A stretch of DNA of 64,000 nt, taken from NCBI GenBank assembly GCA_963793265.1, contig CAWBZI010000002.1, positions 320,001 to 384,000 on the forward strand. Reading direction: 5' to 3'. Of the stretch, positions 41,687 to 51,911 are shown one piece after another. The stretch comes from an uncultured cyanobacterium (GTDB taxonomy: Bacteria > Cyanobacteriota > Cyanobacteriia > Phormidesmidales > Phormidesmidaceae). The notes under the pieces were generated by a model. It was not told the origin of the DNA, searched no databases, and saw nothing but the letters and a program-made list of their open reading frames with translations. Each line of letters opens with the position of its first letter. Within the stretch, counting starts at the first letter, position 1. The position numbers and the translations under genes are program-made.

Positions 41687-42601
41687 CTAGCCCTTGCGCT
41701 CTACGGCATAGACAGCCTGTAGCTTGTACTGCTCGCCCGGCGACACTTCAATCACCTCGTCAGCAGCGTTGGCAGTTTCTACACAGACAAATCGCTGATA
41801 GTCATTATCTTCTAAGTCTGCCATCTTAGTGGAAATCTCTTTCCATGGATTCCAAACGATGGCGGTGCTGCTGCCGGTTGTTGAAATTCGGATGTGACGG
41901 CCCAGCTCACCATCCTCAATAGATAGCTCCGGTTTGACATTGGTATAAACGCGATCAACTTCTTCTGAGATTCTGATATCGCCATGCTGCGTTTTCTCTG
42001 CGCCATTATCTACTTTGTCAATATATGGCGCATTGTCTAGGCCGCTGACGATAACCTGACTGATATCGCCAGTTGAGAAGTAGGTGTGGAATGCTTGGGT
42101 GATAGAAAAGGCTTGGTCGCCTGTGTTTTTGGTGAGTAGGGCAACGGCAAGCTGAGCGCCAATGGTGATCTCGATGACTAGCTCAAAGCTGTGAGGCCAG
42201 ATTGCTCTAGTCTCTTCGCTGTCGGTGACGCCTAGCTTGACTTTAATATCGCCATCAGCCGTTTTTTCGGTGCTGAGCAAGTCCCACATGCGGTTGCGTA
42301 CAAAACCGTGGCTAGCGCGTCCTTTGTCTTCTGGGTCGGGGCCAAACCAGGGCCAACAGATCGGAATGCCGCCTTTCATGGCTTTGCCGGGCTGATAGTA
42401 GGCGTTTTCGCTAAGGAATATCAGGTCTTGGGGCTCGCCTGCGGGCTGATAGGAAATGACTTGCCCTGAGTAAATGGAGATTTTGGCTTTAGCTTTTGGG
42501 CTATCTATTTCAATGACCGGAAAGCCGCCTTTACCTTCTACTACTTTGAGCTGACTCGGAATTCCGAATTCTTTGTCTAGCTGATTGACACTCATATGCA
42601 T
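41687..42601 (-). CDS. D-hexose-6-phosphate mutarotase (aldose 1-epimerase family)
   Basis: GGIPICWPWFG, HGFVRN, AFHTYF, VWNPW, FVCVE. Confidence 0.92.
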   Translation of the reverse strand: MHMSVNQLDKEFGIPSQLKVVEGKGGFPVIEIDSPKAKAKISIYSGQVISYQPAGEPQDLIFLSENAYYQPGKAMKGGIPICWPWFGPDPEDKGRASHGFVRNRMWDLLSTEKTADGDIKVKLGVTDSEETRAIWPHSFELVIEITIGAQLAVALLTKNTGDQAFSITQAFHTYFSTGDISQVIVSGLDNAPYIDKVDNGAEKTQHGDIRISEEVDRVYTNVKPELSIEDGELGRHIRISTTGSSTAIVWNPWKEISTKMADLEDNDYQRFVCVETANAADEVIEVSPGEQYKLQAVYAVERKG

Positions 42602-42847
42602 TTGCCTGTGATTTTCTGCCTTCTTATTTAAGCCTGCTGAGGCGAAGGCGCTTACTCGCCTAAATCTTTAAACATGCTTCTATACACAAGTACTTTAGCC
42701 TGACGTTTTAAAGTATGGTTTGATACATTCGCTGTTCTTAAGTTGAGTCTACTCAAACTATGTAAAGACTACTATTAGTTTGTGCGAGTCTCAATAGTGA
42801 GCGCTAAAGTTTGTTCTTTTGGGAGAGTATTGAGCGGGGGTTACCTG

Positions 42848-43747
42848 ATGAAGTCTAAGCAAATTATTCTGTTAGGGCCACCTGGCTCGGACGTTGAGGG
42901 GCAAGCGATCGCACTTGCTAAGCACTGGTATGTGCCGTATGTCTCTCTAGCCTCGCTTTTTCGGCAGGCAATTATCAAAAAGTCTGATATTGGAGAGCAG
43001 ATACGGCCCTATGTGAGTGAAAAGCAGCCGGTGCCTGATGATTTGGTGATGCGGTTGGTGCAAAGGCGAATAGAGCAGCCGGATATGTTGGACGGCTGGG
43101 TGATGATGGGGTTTCCGCGATCGCTAGCTCAAGCGGAGGCATTTGATGCACTGTTGTTGAAGTTTGAGCGGCCTGTGGTGGAGGTAGCCTACTTCAAGGT
43201 GATGACGGGCGTTTTGATTAATCGGCTAATGGCTGAGGAGGGCGCAGGGGAAAGCGTGGCAGCGATAAGGGAGCGATTAAAGCGCTGTCAGGCGGAGGTA
43301 GATCCTCTGATTGAGTACTACCGGCAACAGTCTCGCCTAGTGACTATTAACGGTAGCCGGTCTGCGGCTGAGGTGATGAATGAGCTATCTAGTTTGGGTG
43401 AGGAAGAAACAGGCGCGGCGCGGTTTGTTCGAGATGAGGCTGAGCTGGATGAGCTGATTGCAAAGGAGACTTTGCTGGTGGTGGACTGTGTGGCGTCTTG
43501 GTGCGGGCCTTGTAAGCTGGTGACGCCGATGATAGATCGGCTGGCAGAGGAGTTTGGTGAGGCTTCTAAGAAGCAGCGAGCGGCTGTGGTCAAGCTCGAT
43601 TTTGATAATAACCGGCAGGTGGCTAAGCGCTTTGGGCTTAAGGGGATGCCCTCTGTGATGTTTTTCAAGGATGGCGAGCGGGTTGAAACGCTGACGGGTG
43701 TGAAATCTTATCAGGACTATTGCAATGTGGTGACACGATTGCTCTAA
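42848..43747 (+). CDS. Adenylate-kinase-like domain (degenerate P-loop) fused to thioredoxin
   Basis: IILLGPPGSDVEGQA, VPDD, GFPRS..QA, PLIEYY; C-terminal WCGPC and MPS..FFKDG; ATG at 42848. Confidence 0.85.
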   Translation: MKSKQIILLGPPGSDVEGQAIALAKHWYVPYVSLASLFRQAIIKKSDIGEQIRPYVSEKQPVPDDLVMRLVQRRIEQPDMLDGWVMMGFPRSLAQAEAFDALLLKFERPVVEVAYFKVMTGVLINRLMAEEGAGESVAAIRERLKRCQAEVDPLIEYYRQQSRLVTINGSRSAAEVMNELSSLGEEETGAARFVRDEAELDELIAKETLLVVDCVASWCGPCKLVTPMIDRLAEEFGEASKKQRAAVVKLDFDNNRQVAKRFGLKGMPSVMFFKDGERVETLTGVKSYQDYCNVVTRLL

Positions 43748-43775
43748 CCTGCTTTCACTTAAACGCTATTTGTTA

Positions 43776-43798
43776 CTGATCTTTTGTAAAAAGATCAG
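43776..43798. terminator. Perfect 10-bp inverted repeat (terminator or operator)
   Basis: CTGATCTTTT-gta-AAAAGATCAG. Confidence 0.45.
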
Positions 43799-43932
43799 CT
43801 ACTTTTCACTTATCCTTTTAATTTGTGAAGACTACGTGAAGGATTTGTACATAGAGTAATTTCTCCTTGCACGAGTGATAACGTCTCGAAAGTGCATCAG
43901 TGAAAGTACTTACATTCCTTTATACAACCATC

Positions 43933-44820
43933 ATGCACAAAGCTTGTTTACTGGGCGCTTTTTCCTTTGCCGCTATTTCTGGCATAGGAACGCCCGCGCT
44001 GTCCGCCGTTATCAACTTTGACGATCAGGGCTTATCTGGGCCTAGCGTTTTCACCGAAGCGGGTGACGCACAGGTGCTTAATATCGGTACAGATAGTGGC
44101 AATGTTCGCTTCAACGGCGGCGTTATCCTAACAAACGCTGCAAATGCTCCTGCTAATCGAACGTCTACCTACGGAACTGCTAACAATGTAACGAGTTTTG
44201 GCTTGCCAAATAACCCAACTCGCCAGAATCCTATTGTTATTGAATTCGAGAATCCTATCACTAATTTCTTTCTCGATGTTTTTAACGGTATTCCTGCCAA
44301 CGGGGTGGAATATACAGTTGCAGATGAGATTGGTAATGCCTCAACGTTCTCTCTCGTTTCAAATTTGCAAAGCGGCTTTCAAAAAGTTGGATTTGCCGCT
44401 GCTGGTAAGAGAATTACGGTTACTTCAAATGCAGCTCCTGTTGCTAATTTCCGCATTTCTGATGATAGCTACGATTTCTTTATTGACAACGTGTCCTTTA
44501 ACGCAGAGCTACCCGACGATCTGCTAGATCCAGTTGATGAGGTGATTGTTATGCCTCCTGAAGTTCCTGAAACACCCGAAGTTCCTGAGACACCTGAAGT
44601 TCCTGAGACACCTGAAGTTCCTGAGACACCTGAAGTTCCTGAAACGCCCGAGGTTCCTGAAACGCCTGAAGTTCCTGAAATACCTGAGACTCCAAACTTA
44701 CCTACGACTCCGATGCCCATGCCTAGCCCCGGAGAGCCGACTTCTGTTCCAGAGCCTATGAGTGTGCTGAGTTTGCTTGGTGTTGGTGCACTGGGTTTAG
44801 CACAAAGATATAAAAAATAA
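43933..44820 (+). CDS. PEP-CTERM sorting-domain protein with PEVPET repeat linker
   Basis: Signal peptide; C-terminal VPEPMSVLSLLGVGALGLAQRYKK. Confidence 0.9.
   Translation: MHKACLLGAFSFAAISGIGTPALSAVINFDDQGLSGPSVFTEAGDAQVLNIGTDSGNVRFNGGVILTNAANAPANRTSTYGTANNVTSFGLPNNPTRQNPIVIEFENPITNFFLDVFNGIPANGVEYTVADEIGNASTFSLVSNLQSGFQKVGFAAAGKRITVTSNAAPVANFRISDDSYDFFIDNVSFNAELPDDLLDPVDEVIVMPPEVPETPEVPETPEVPETPEVPETPEVPETPEVPETPEVPEIPETPNLPTTPMPMPSPGEPTSVPEPMSVLSLLGVGALGLAQRYKK
44557..44692 (+). repeat. 18-bp coding tandem repeat (PEVPET) about x7
   Basis: CCTGAAGTTCCTGARACR units. Confidence 0.95.
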
Positions 44821-44895
44821 GTCTCGGTCACGGCTTTTGCTGGATCGTACACTAGCAGAAACGCCCAGAGGAGTGGATTAGCTTCGTCCGGGCGT

Positions 44896-46014
44896 TTGCT
44901 TGGTAGGATAGCTTTGATGGCAGGTAGTGAGGCCGCTGTACGTTTGGCTATGCGTTTGACTGATATAAGTACTTTGGCAAGACTTGATAAAATCAAGCAA
45001 ACATTGATTGATCTCGACCAATCCTCAACGCAGGTAGAGTACAGGCGGATGTCGCAGCGATATGCCGTACGCTTAGAACGGCTAGCTGTGGGGCATAAGC
45101 TTCGGAAGGTGGCGCGCGATCGCCTACGGTTGCATTACAACAATACGTTGCAAGGAGAGGAGCTTGCGGCAGCTCTTAGCGGACTTAATTGGGAGAGCCA
45201 GCAGGATGGGATGGAACGCCGCCAACTGAAGCGGGAAAGGGATGCGGCGATCGCACCCTTTGCGGAGATTGTTGAAAAGAAAGTTCAACAAGTACAATCG
45301 CTTAAGCAACAATACAAGACGCTCTCTCGTGAGTGGCAAGCCCAAATGCAGGCTGCTTACCGCGTGGAATATGCAAGCGCAGAGCTTTGCGTGCCCATTC
45401 TCTATCAAGATGACGCGCTGATTGTGGTGGATAAACCGGCTGGGCTACTGGCTGTGCCTGGGCGGCGGTATCATTTGCAAGATAGTGTGCTGAGTCGGCT
45501 GCGGCTTCAGATGCCGGAGCGTTCGTTTTTGCAGGCTGTTCATCGGTTGGATAGAGATACTTCTGGGGTGATGGCGATCGCCACTTCTGCGAGTAGTCAT
45601 GCTGCATTCAGCGAGCAGTTTGCCCAGCGCCAAGTGTATAAAACATACGAAGCTGTTCTTTCTAAGCCAGTGACAATGCTTTCTGGCACGATTGAGCTAC
45701 CGCTGCGAGGTGATCCTGACCATCGTCCAAGGCAGGTCGTTAATTTTCAACAGGGCAAGCCTTGTCGAACAGACTTCAAGGTGTTGAAACAGGGCGATCG
45801 CCCTACCGTTGAGCTTGTTCCTCATACGGGGCGCACCCATCAACTGCGGGTACATATGGCTCATGCAAAGGGTTTGAACGCGCCTATTGTGGGCGATGCT
45901 CTTTATGGTACAGGCATATATTCAAAGAGATTGCATTTACATGCAACAGTACTTGAGCTAATGCATCCGGTCACGAGGAAATGGCTGCATTTTGCTAGTC
46001 CTTCTCCTTTTTAG
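44896..46014 (+). CDS. RluA family pseudouridine synthase with N-terminal coiled coil
   Basis: VDKPAGLL, HRLDRDTSG, TGRTHQLRVH, GD.LYG, LHLHA; start uncertain (44896, 44917 or 44950). Confidence 0.9.
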   Translation: MLGRIALMAGSEAAVRLAMRLTDISTLARLDKIKQTLIDLDQSSTQVEYRRMSQRYAVRLERLAVGHKLRKVARDRLRLHYNNTLQGEELAAALSGLNWESQQDGMERRQLKRERDAAIAPFAEIVEKKVQQVQSLKQQYKTLSREWQAQMQAAYRVEYASAELCVPILYQDDALIVVDKPAGLLAVPGRRYHLQDSVLSRLRLQMPERSFLQAVHRLDRDTSGVMAIATSASSHAAFSEQFAQRQVYKTYEAVLSKPVTMLSGTIELPLRGDPDHRPRQVVNFQQGKPCRTDFKVLKQGDRPTVELVPHTGRTHQLRVHMAHAKGLNAPIVGDALYGTGIYSKRLHLHATVLELMHPVTRKWLHFASPSPF

Positions 46015-46137
46015 ATAGGTTTTCACGCCTACGCTAAGAAAATTTGACGAATTCTTCTAAAGAGGCTTGAGCAGCTATCAAAAGTCACTAACAAAAGTTG
46101 ATATGGGCACACTGTACTAATGCTCACAGCCGCTTAA

Positions 46138-49100
46138 ATGACTTCTTTTACCACCCTCACGCTAAAGTCTCTACTACGTGCTAGCTTACTAACCCCCGCC
46201 TTACTCGGTTCTCATCTTCTCATGGCTGAAGCCAATGCCGTGAGCATCCAGCTAGATGGAACGCGCACTATATTAAGCGGTACTGATTGCGATATTGCCA
46301 CCTATCGGTTTGGTACGACAGCTACGTTCAGCGGCACGCCGTTAGACTTGCTAGTCGAAGTGACGGCTGAAGATAATGAGTATGCTGCGGGTCAGTGTGT
46401 AGGGATCTCTTCTAACTTGCTTTCGCTACGGGTAAATGATGAAGATGCTGGCGATGACGTGGGCTCTATGGATCTTAGGATTACGGTGGTGGCTCAAGGT
46501 ACGACGACGCCTGTACTGGTCGATCGACTGGCGGTGACTGGCCTTGATTTGGATATCAATGATGGCGGCGGTACGGCAACGGATGATATTTATTTGGAGA
46601 CGCCGGGCGCATCATACCTGAGCCGGAACACTGAAGTACAGTACACAGAAGGGTCTTTCTTTGGTGGACAGTATCAGGTTCGTTTGGGCGGCGCAACTTT
46701 TGGCAACTGTGACGATACGGTAGCCTCGGCGCAGGAGGCTTGTCGAGGCGGTGCGATTTTTATTGACGGCCCAGGCGGCGTAAATTCGATTTCTAGCGTG
46801 AATGTTCGGGTGCAAAATGACAATGCTTACGGGCAAAACAACAATACTTTCGCCCACCGTTTGTTTCAGCTTTCGTTTGAGGTGGAGTCGATCAATCCTG
46901 TTGTGACCGATAATACAGATTATGGCGATGCGCCAACGAGCTATGGTGAGGCGGGTCAGTCGGTAAATGCCAATATTGCTCTGGGCTTTGGGCTGGTGCC
47001 GGATGATGACTTGACGGCTAAAGCTTCGGCGGATGCTGAAGGGGATGATACAGATAGCGCGCCGATTGCTTTTGATGACGAGGATGGGATTCGCTTGAGT
47101 AACGGCCAGCCTTTGAATGGGCAAACGCTAGAGAAGGGAACGGTGGCTAATTTAGATGTGGCAACGTTTGGCACGGGCTTTTTGAGTGGTTGGGTCGATC
47201 TTGATAACAGCGGCACCTTTAGCGCTGATGAACTCTTAATTGACGATTTTTCAATCAACAGTACAACCATTACAACAACATCAGTGCCGCTGCCAGTGCC
47301 GCTGAGTTCTGATACGGGCACGTCTTATGTGCGGTTCAGGTTTTCGACCGATCAAGATGAGGGGCCTACTGGCCTGAGTGCTAATGACGGTGAAGTAGAA
47401 GACTATCAGATTGATATTCAAGCGCCGCCACCACCAACGGCAGGAAACGTTTGTAGGGTGGACTATAATCTGGTCTATTCTGGGCAAGACAACCGTATTT
47501 TTGCAGTGCACGTGGATAGCGGGGCGAATTTGGAGCTAACAGATTCAGCTCTGGCAACGGCAAATGGACTGTCAACTGATTATGAAACCCGGCAGGTGTA
47601 TTACGGCGATGGCAATACGCTGTATGCCTGGAGCCCGCTAACGAATGCTCATGTTGTTGTTGATAGTAATTTTTCGAGCTATATCAGCCGTCCGCTACCA
47701 CCTAACTTTAGTATTTCTAGCGGTGGTGCGAGCTTTTATGGAGGGTCAGCTTACCAGGGCTCTGATATCTCTTCTGGCGGGCTCTTTGAGATTTTTAAAG
47801 TAGATTTTGTGGCGGGTTCTAACGGGCAGGCGATTCAAGCAATTACGCCGATTGGAATTGACACGCTAGTGCAGAACAATACGCTATCGGGCGTACCAAA
47901 CTGGGGCGACTTTATTATTGATGATAGCGGCGTGATTATTGCAAATGGTAATGGCGATCAGGGTTATTGGAGCTATGACCTGAATACGGCAACGTTTACA
48001 GATTTGGTGGAGACATTTGGCACAAATTCTCAGCTGGCAAAAGACGGTCAGGGTCGGATTTGGGCTTTGGGAGCAAGTGATGTGTTTCAAGTGGAGGTGG
48101 TGGGCAATAACTTGAATGAGATTGCCGGGACGCGTAACCCGACGGTAGGGCATAGTTCTTTTGACGCGGCAGAGTGCGTGCGGGGTAGCTCTAGTATTGG
48201 CGATCGCGTATGGAATGATACGAACGGCAACGGCACTCAGGAGCCGGGCGAAGGCGGGTTTGAGAACGTCACGGTCAATCTGGTTTGGGACTTGGATGGA
48301 GATGGCACGATTGATGCTGATGAGCCTGTGCTAGCAACTCGTTTAACGGATGCGAATGGCAACTACGATTTTGGAGATTTGATTTTTGGCAACTATATTG
48401 TTCAAGTAACAGATATCAGCAACGCGCTAAACGGCACAACTTTAACAACTGCAACCGATACGCTGCCAGTCGCGCTGCCGGTGGGCAGTATCGATTTTAA
48501 TGACGCTGATTTTGGCTATCAGCCGCCTTCTAATCCTGATTTGTTACTGACGAAGCGAATTACTGCGGTGAACCGGGGCGAGGCCGATCAACAGATCTTT
48601 GACAACAGCTTTGTGAATGTCGGAACAGCAAACGATAGCGATAATGCTGTGAACTGGCCGGGGCCTGCGGTGCCTGTGACCATTGGCAGCGGTACTGTTG
48701 AGGGCTATATTTCGGGGATTGTCAGCGGTTCTGTTGCAAATGCTTCTACTGGGCCACAAGACGTAGTGGAGTACACTATCTCGTTTCTATCAAGCGGTAA
48801 TACTGCTGCTCGTAAGGTGCTGCTTTGCGATCCTATTCCAGCAAATACAACTTTTGTGAGCGATGCGTTTAATGGCGGTGTGCCTGCTGGGCGCGGGGCA
48901 GGCGATCGCGGCATTTCACTCAGCTTTAACGGCACAGAGATTGCTTTAACAAACGCTATTGATGGCGATGAAGTAGCCGACACAGGCAGTAATGATAACG
49001 GCATCGGCGGCTATTACTTTCCAGCAGGTACAGACCCGAGCGCGACGATTACAGGGCTTAACGCTAACTGCACTGGCCCCAATACGAATGGGGTGGTGGT

Positions 49101-49191
49101 GGTGGATATGAGTAATGTGCCAAATGCTACGGGGGAGGGGGTGCCGGATGATTCGTATGGGTTTGTTCGTTTTTGGGTGAGGGTGGACTAG
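46138..49191 (+). CDS. Secreted GEVED + SdrD-B-like + DUF11-like surface protein
   Basis: Signal peptide; DYGDAP.SYG, DDEDG, GEVEDY; SIGDRVWND.NGNG; LLLTKRIT, VEYTI.FLS.G, SYGFVRF. Confidence 0.85.
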   Translation: MTSFTTLTLKSLLRASLLTPALLGSHLLMAEANAVSIQLDGTRTILSGTDCDIATYRFGTTATFSGTPLDLLVEVTAEDNEYAAGQCVGISSNLLSLRVNDEDAGDDVGSMDLRITVVAQGTTTPVLVDRLAVTGLDLDINDGGGTATDDIYLETPGASYLSRNTEVQYTEGSFFGGQYQVRLGGATFGNCDDTVASAQEACRGGAIFIDGPGGVNSISSVNVRVQNDNAYGQNNNTFAHRLFQLSFEVESINPVVTDNTDYGDAPTSYGEAGQSVNANIALGFGLVPDDDLTAKASADAEGDDTDSAPIAFDDEDGIRLSNGQPLNGQTLEKGTVANLDVATFGTGFLSGWVDLDNSGTFSADELLIDDFSINSTTITTTSVPLPVPLSSDTGTSYVRFRFSTDQDEGPTGLSANDGEVEDYQIDIQAPPPPTAGNVCRVDYNLVYSGQDNRIFAVHVDSGANLELTDSALATANGLSTDYETRQVYYGDGNTLYAWSPLTNAHVVVDSNFSSYISRPLPPNFSISSGGASFYGGSAYQGSDISSGGLFEIFKVDFVAGSNGQAIQAITPIGIDTLVQNNTLSGVPNWGDFIIDDSGVIIANGNGDQGYWSYDLNTATFTDLVETFGTNSQLAKDGQGRIWALGASDVFQVEVVGNNLNEIAGTRNPTVGHSSFDAAECVRGSSSIGDRVWNDTNGNGTQEPGEGGFENVTVNLVWDLDGDGTIDADEPVLATRLTDANGNYDFGDLIFGNYIVQVTDISNALNGTTLTTATDTLPVALPVGSIDFNDADFGYQPPSNPDLLLTKRITAVNRGEADQQIFDNSFVNVGTANDSDNAVNWPGPAVPVTIGSGTVEGYISGIVSGSVANASTGPQDVVEYTISFLSSGNTAARKVLLCDPIPANTTFVSDAFNGGVPAGRGAGDRGISLSFNGTEIALTNAIDGDEVADTGSNDNGIGGYYFPAGTDPSATITGLNANCTGPNTNGVVVVDMSNVPNATGEGVPDDSYGFVRFWVRVD

Positions 49192-49709
49192 AGGCGGCGA
49201 ACAAAGCAGCGATCGCCTGGATCATAAGATCGAATATTCGGTCGCCTCTTTGCCTCTGCCTCCTCGTACTGAAGGCGGGACAAGAGCCGAATGCTCCTTT
49301 CATTTGCTGGATGTACAGTCGCCCACCATTCGGTTCCTGGCGCGACCGTTTCGAGGTAATCATGCCACCAATACATCGCCTCGAAGGCTAGGCTCTTGCC
49401 CCACCAAGCTTCACCTAAAAGGTAAGCTACCTCGCCCCACTCGTTATATTGCGTTGCTTCGAGCCGACCAATTGCTTTGAAGGGTGGTGTTTTCAAGCGT
49501 ATTGCTATATTGAACCACCTTTCAGAGGCTGCCGTAGGATCTCTTGAGCCTTTCCTACGGATGGTGTATTCAGCTCTTAGTTCTTCTAGGGTTTGAGGCT
49601 TCCCATCTGGATCAATAAAGGCAAGAACGGAGGGCGTTGTCAAGATAGGAAGCAGACTATCGGCGTGATCAGCAGTAAGCGGCTCGAAGATTAGATTTTT
49701 GCTCTGCAT
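49188..49709 (-). CDS. GNAT N-acetyltransferase (RimJ/RimL-like)
   Basis: EVAYLL...WWGKSLA.EA, VHPANERSIRLL.RL; ATG 49709 preferred. Confidence 0.85.
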   Translation of the reverse strand: MQSKNLIFEPLTADHADSLLPILTTPSVLAFIDPDGKPQTLEELRAEYTIRRKGSRDPTAASERWFNIAIRLKTPPFKAIGRLEATQYNEWGEVAYLLGEAWWGKSLAFEAMYWWHDYLETVAPGTEWWATVHPANERSIRLLSRLQYEEAEAKRRPNIRSYDPGDRCFVRRL

Positions 49710-49820
49710 TATTATCATTATTGACTCTAAACCAGCGCAGTGATTAGGGTGCTTTGCAGTATCAAGATTAGTTGGCACAATGGTGTAGCTAACCGTTGAA
49801 CTCGAGAACCCCCTGGCTAC

Positions 49821-51866
49821 ATGAGCGTACACAATATCCTTCAGTATGAGTCAAATATTTGGGCGACGGCGGATCTGCTGCGGGGCAGCGGCATTAAGGA
49901 GTCGGAATGGCCTGCTTATATGATGCCGTTTTTTGCGCTGGTGATGATTGAGAGCCGTTTGGTGCGGATGTTTGATGAGCTAAAGGCGGATATTGGGGAG
50001 GCGTCGCTGGCGGAGATTGCGTCAGAGGATTTGATTGTGCTGGCTCAGGATAAAGGGCAGGGCTATAACCGCTATATTTTTGAGAAGAATCAGTCGCTGG
50101 CAGATATTTGCCAGAACGATAAGTCGTTTGATGTGGATTTTGAGGCGTATTTACAAGGGTTTGACCTGGAGACGCGGTATCTGCTGGGGGTAGATGCGAC
50201 TGAAGGGGAGAAGTTTTTAGATATTAAGGGTGTGGTTTCTAAGCTGAAGGCTAAGAAGGTGCTGCTGGGCTATACCCAAGAGTGGAGCGGGATTGATCTG
50301 AAGCCTTTTGATAATTCAGAAATTACGACGTTAGAGGAGCATATTAAGCGGCGCTGGGCGGATATTTCGGCGGAGACGGCGGGGGAGCAGTATACGCCGG
50401 ACGATGTGATTGCGCTGATTGCGGAGATTATTGCGTCAAAAATTGAGGATTCAGACCGGCTGCTGAAGATTTACGACTGTACGTGTGGTGGCGGTAATCT
50501 GCTGTTTGGGGTGGAGGATAGGATTCAGGCGAAGGTGCAGCGGCTAACGCAGACGTTTGGGCAAGACTGGAATGATGCGCTGTACGCGCTGGCAAAGATT
50601 GAGAGTCGGTTTCGGGTGGATTCTAAGATTGCTCACGGCAATACGCTGACGGAGGATCAGTTTTATGATGATGAGTTTGATGTGGTGATTGCTAATCCGC
50701 CTTATGGGGTGAGCTGGAAGGGCTATCAGAAGGATATTAGAAATGATAAGACTGGGCGATTTAAGTTTTTGCCGTCGGTGTCGGATGGTCAGCTATTGTT
50801 TATGCAGCATTTGGTGTCGAAGCTGGATGCGGTGGGGATGGGCGTTGTTGTTCATAATGGCTCGACGCTGTTTAGTGGGGATGCAGGATCGGCGGAGAGC
50901 AATATTCGTAGGTGGCTGATAGATACGGATGTGGTGGAGGCAGTGATTCAGCTACCGACGGATGAGTTTTTTAATACGGGAATTTATACCTATTTGTGGG
51001 TGCTGAATAAGAACAAGCCTGTGGATCGGCAGGGCCGGGTGATGTTGATCAATGCGAGTGAGAAGTTTGTGCCGCTCAAAAAGAGTAAGGGATCTAAGCG
51101 GCGGGAGGTGGATGAGGCGAACCGGCTAGAGATTGTAGAGACGCTGGCGCGGTTTGCAGATAATGACTATGCGCGGGTGTTTGAGAAGGAACATTTTTAC
51201 TTTAATAAGCAGGCGATTCGGCTGACAAATGTGGATGATGAGGGGCGATCGCTCTCTGACTGGCTACCGGAAGGGAAGAGTAGTTTGAAGCTGAAGCCGG
51301 TGAAGTTGGAGAATGGGGTGCGATCGCTAAGTGAGTTTGTAATAACAGAGCCGGGGGCGTTTGCTTCATTAAAGGCGGCTTATGAGGAGGATATTAAGCC
51401 TTTTGTGAATGGGCTGGACTATAAAGAGCAGCCGCTGGTGGTGACAACAAAGGGGGCGCTGTATTACTTTGATGCGGAGCGGGAGACGCTGGTGAAGGAG
51501 GTGCTGGGTAAGCGGGAGGCGCTGGGCTGCGGCAAGATTGTGGTGAAGGCGTCTTTGAAAAAGAAGACGAAGACACTGCCAGAGCGGATTGAGATTTTGG
51601 TGGAGCTGGTGCCGGATGAGCAGAAGGACTATGAGATTATTCCATATTATCGGGATGAGGCAGAGAATCAGGCGGCGATAGAGGCGTTTATGGCGAAGTA
51701 TATTACGAAGCCGTTTGAGTATTTGGATAATGTGGTGGGGGTGGAGATCAATTTTAATAAGGTGTTTTATGTGCCGGAGGTGCTGCGGCCTGTGGAGGAG
51801 ATTTTGGGTGAGATTGCGGCTTTGGATGATGCGTTGAGAGAGCTGGAGTCTGAGTTGATACTATAG
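49821..51866 (+). CDS. hsdM: Type I restriction-modification methyltransferase subunit
   Basis: IWATADLLRG, GEQYTP, DCTCGGG (motif I), ANPPY (motif IV), F.NTGI.TY.W, G.EINFNK.FY. Confidence 0.95.
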   Translation: MSVHNILQYESNIWATADLLRGSGIKESEWPAYMMPFFALVMIESRLVRMFDELKADIGEASLAEIASEDLIVLAQDKGQGYNRYIFEKNQSLADICQNDKSFDVDFEAYLQGFDLETRYLLGVDATEGEKFLDIKGVVSKLKAKKVLLGYTQEWSGIDLKPFDNSEITTLEEHIKRRWADISAETAGEQYTPDDVIALIAEIIASKIEDSDRLLKIYDCTCGGGNLLFGVEDRIQAKVQRLTQTFGQDWNDALYALAKIESRFRVDSKIAHGNTLTEDQFYDDEFDVVIANPPYGVSWKGYQKDIRNDKTGRFKFLPSVSDGQLLFMQHLVSKLDAVGMGVVVHNGSTLFSGDAGSAESNIRRWLIDTDVVEAVIQLPTDEFFNTGIYTYLWVLNKNKPVDRQGRVMLINASEKFVPLKKSKGSKRREVDEANRLEIVETLARFADNDYARVFEKEHFYFNKQAIRLTNVDDEGRSLSDWLPEGKSSLKLKPVKLENGVRSLSEFVITEPGAFASLKAAYEEDIKPFVNGLDYKEQPLVVTTKGALYYFDAERETLVKEVLGKREALGCGKIVVKASLKKKTKTLPERIEILVELVPDEQKDYEIIPYYRDEAENQAAIEAFMAKYITKPFEYLDNVVGVEINFNKVFYVPEVLRPVEEILGEIAALDDALRELESELIL

Positions 51867-51911
51867 AGTGTGCGGTTTTGCTGTTGGTTGATGTATTTGG
51901 AGAATGACGTA

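Noticed and set aside
44557..44692. Regular repeats as a possible CRISPR array
   Set aside because: Contiguous in-frame 18-nt units with no unique spacers, and no cas genes nearby
44469..44996. 175-aa antisense ORF with GVSGTS repeats
   Set aside because: Shadow of the PEVPET repeat on the opposite strand
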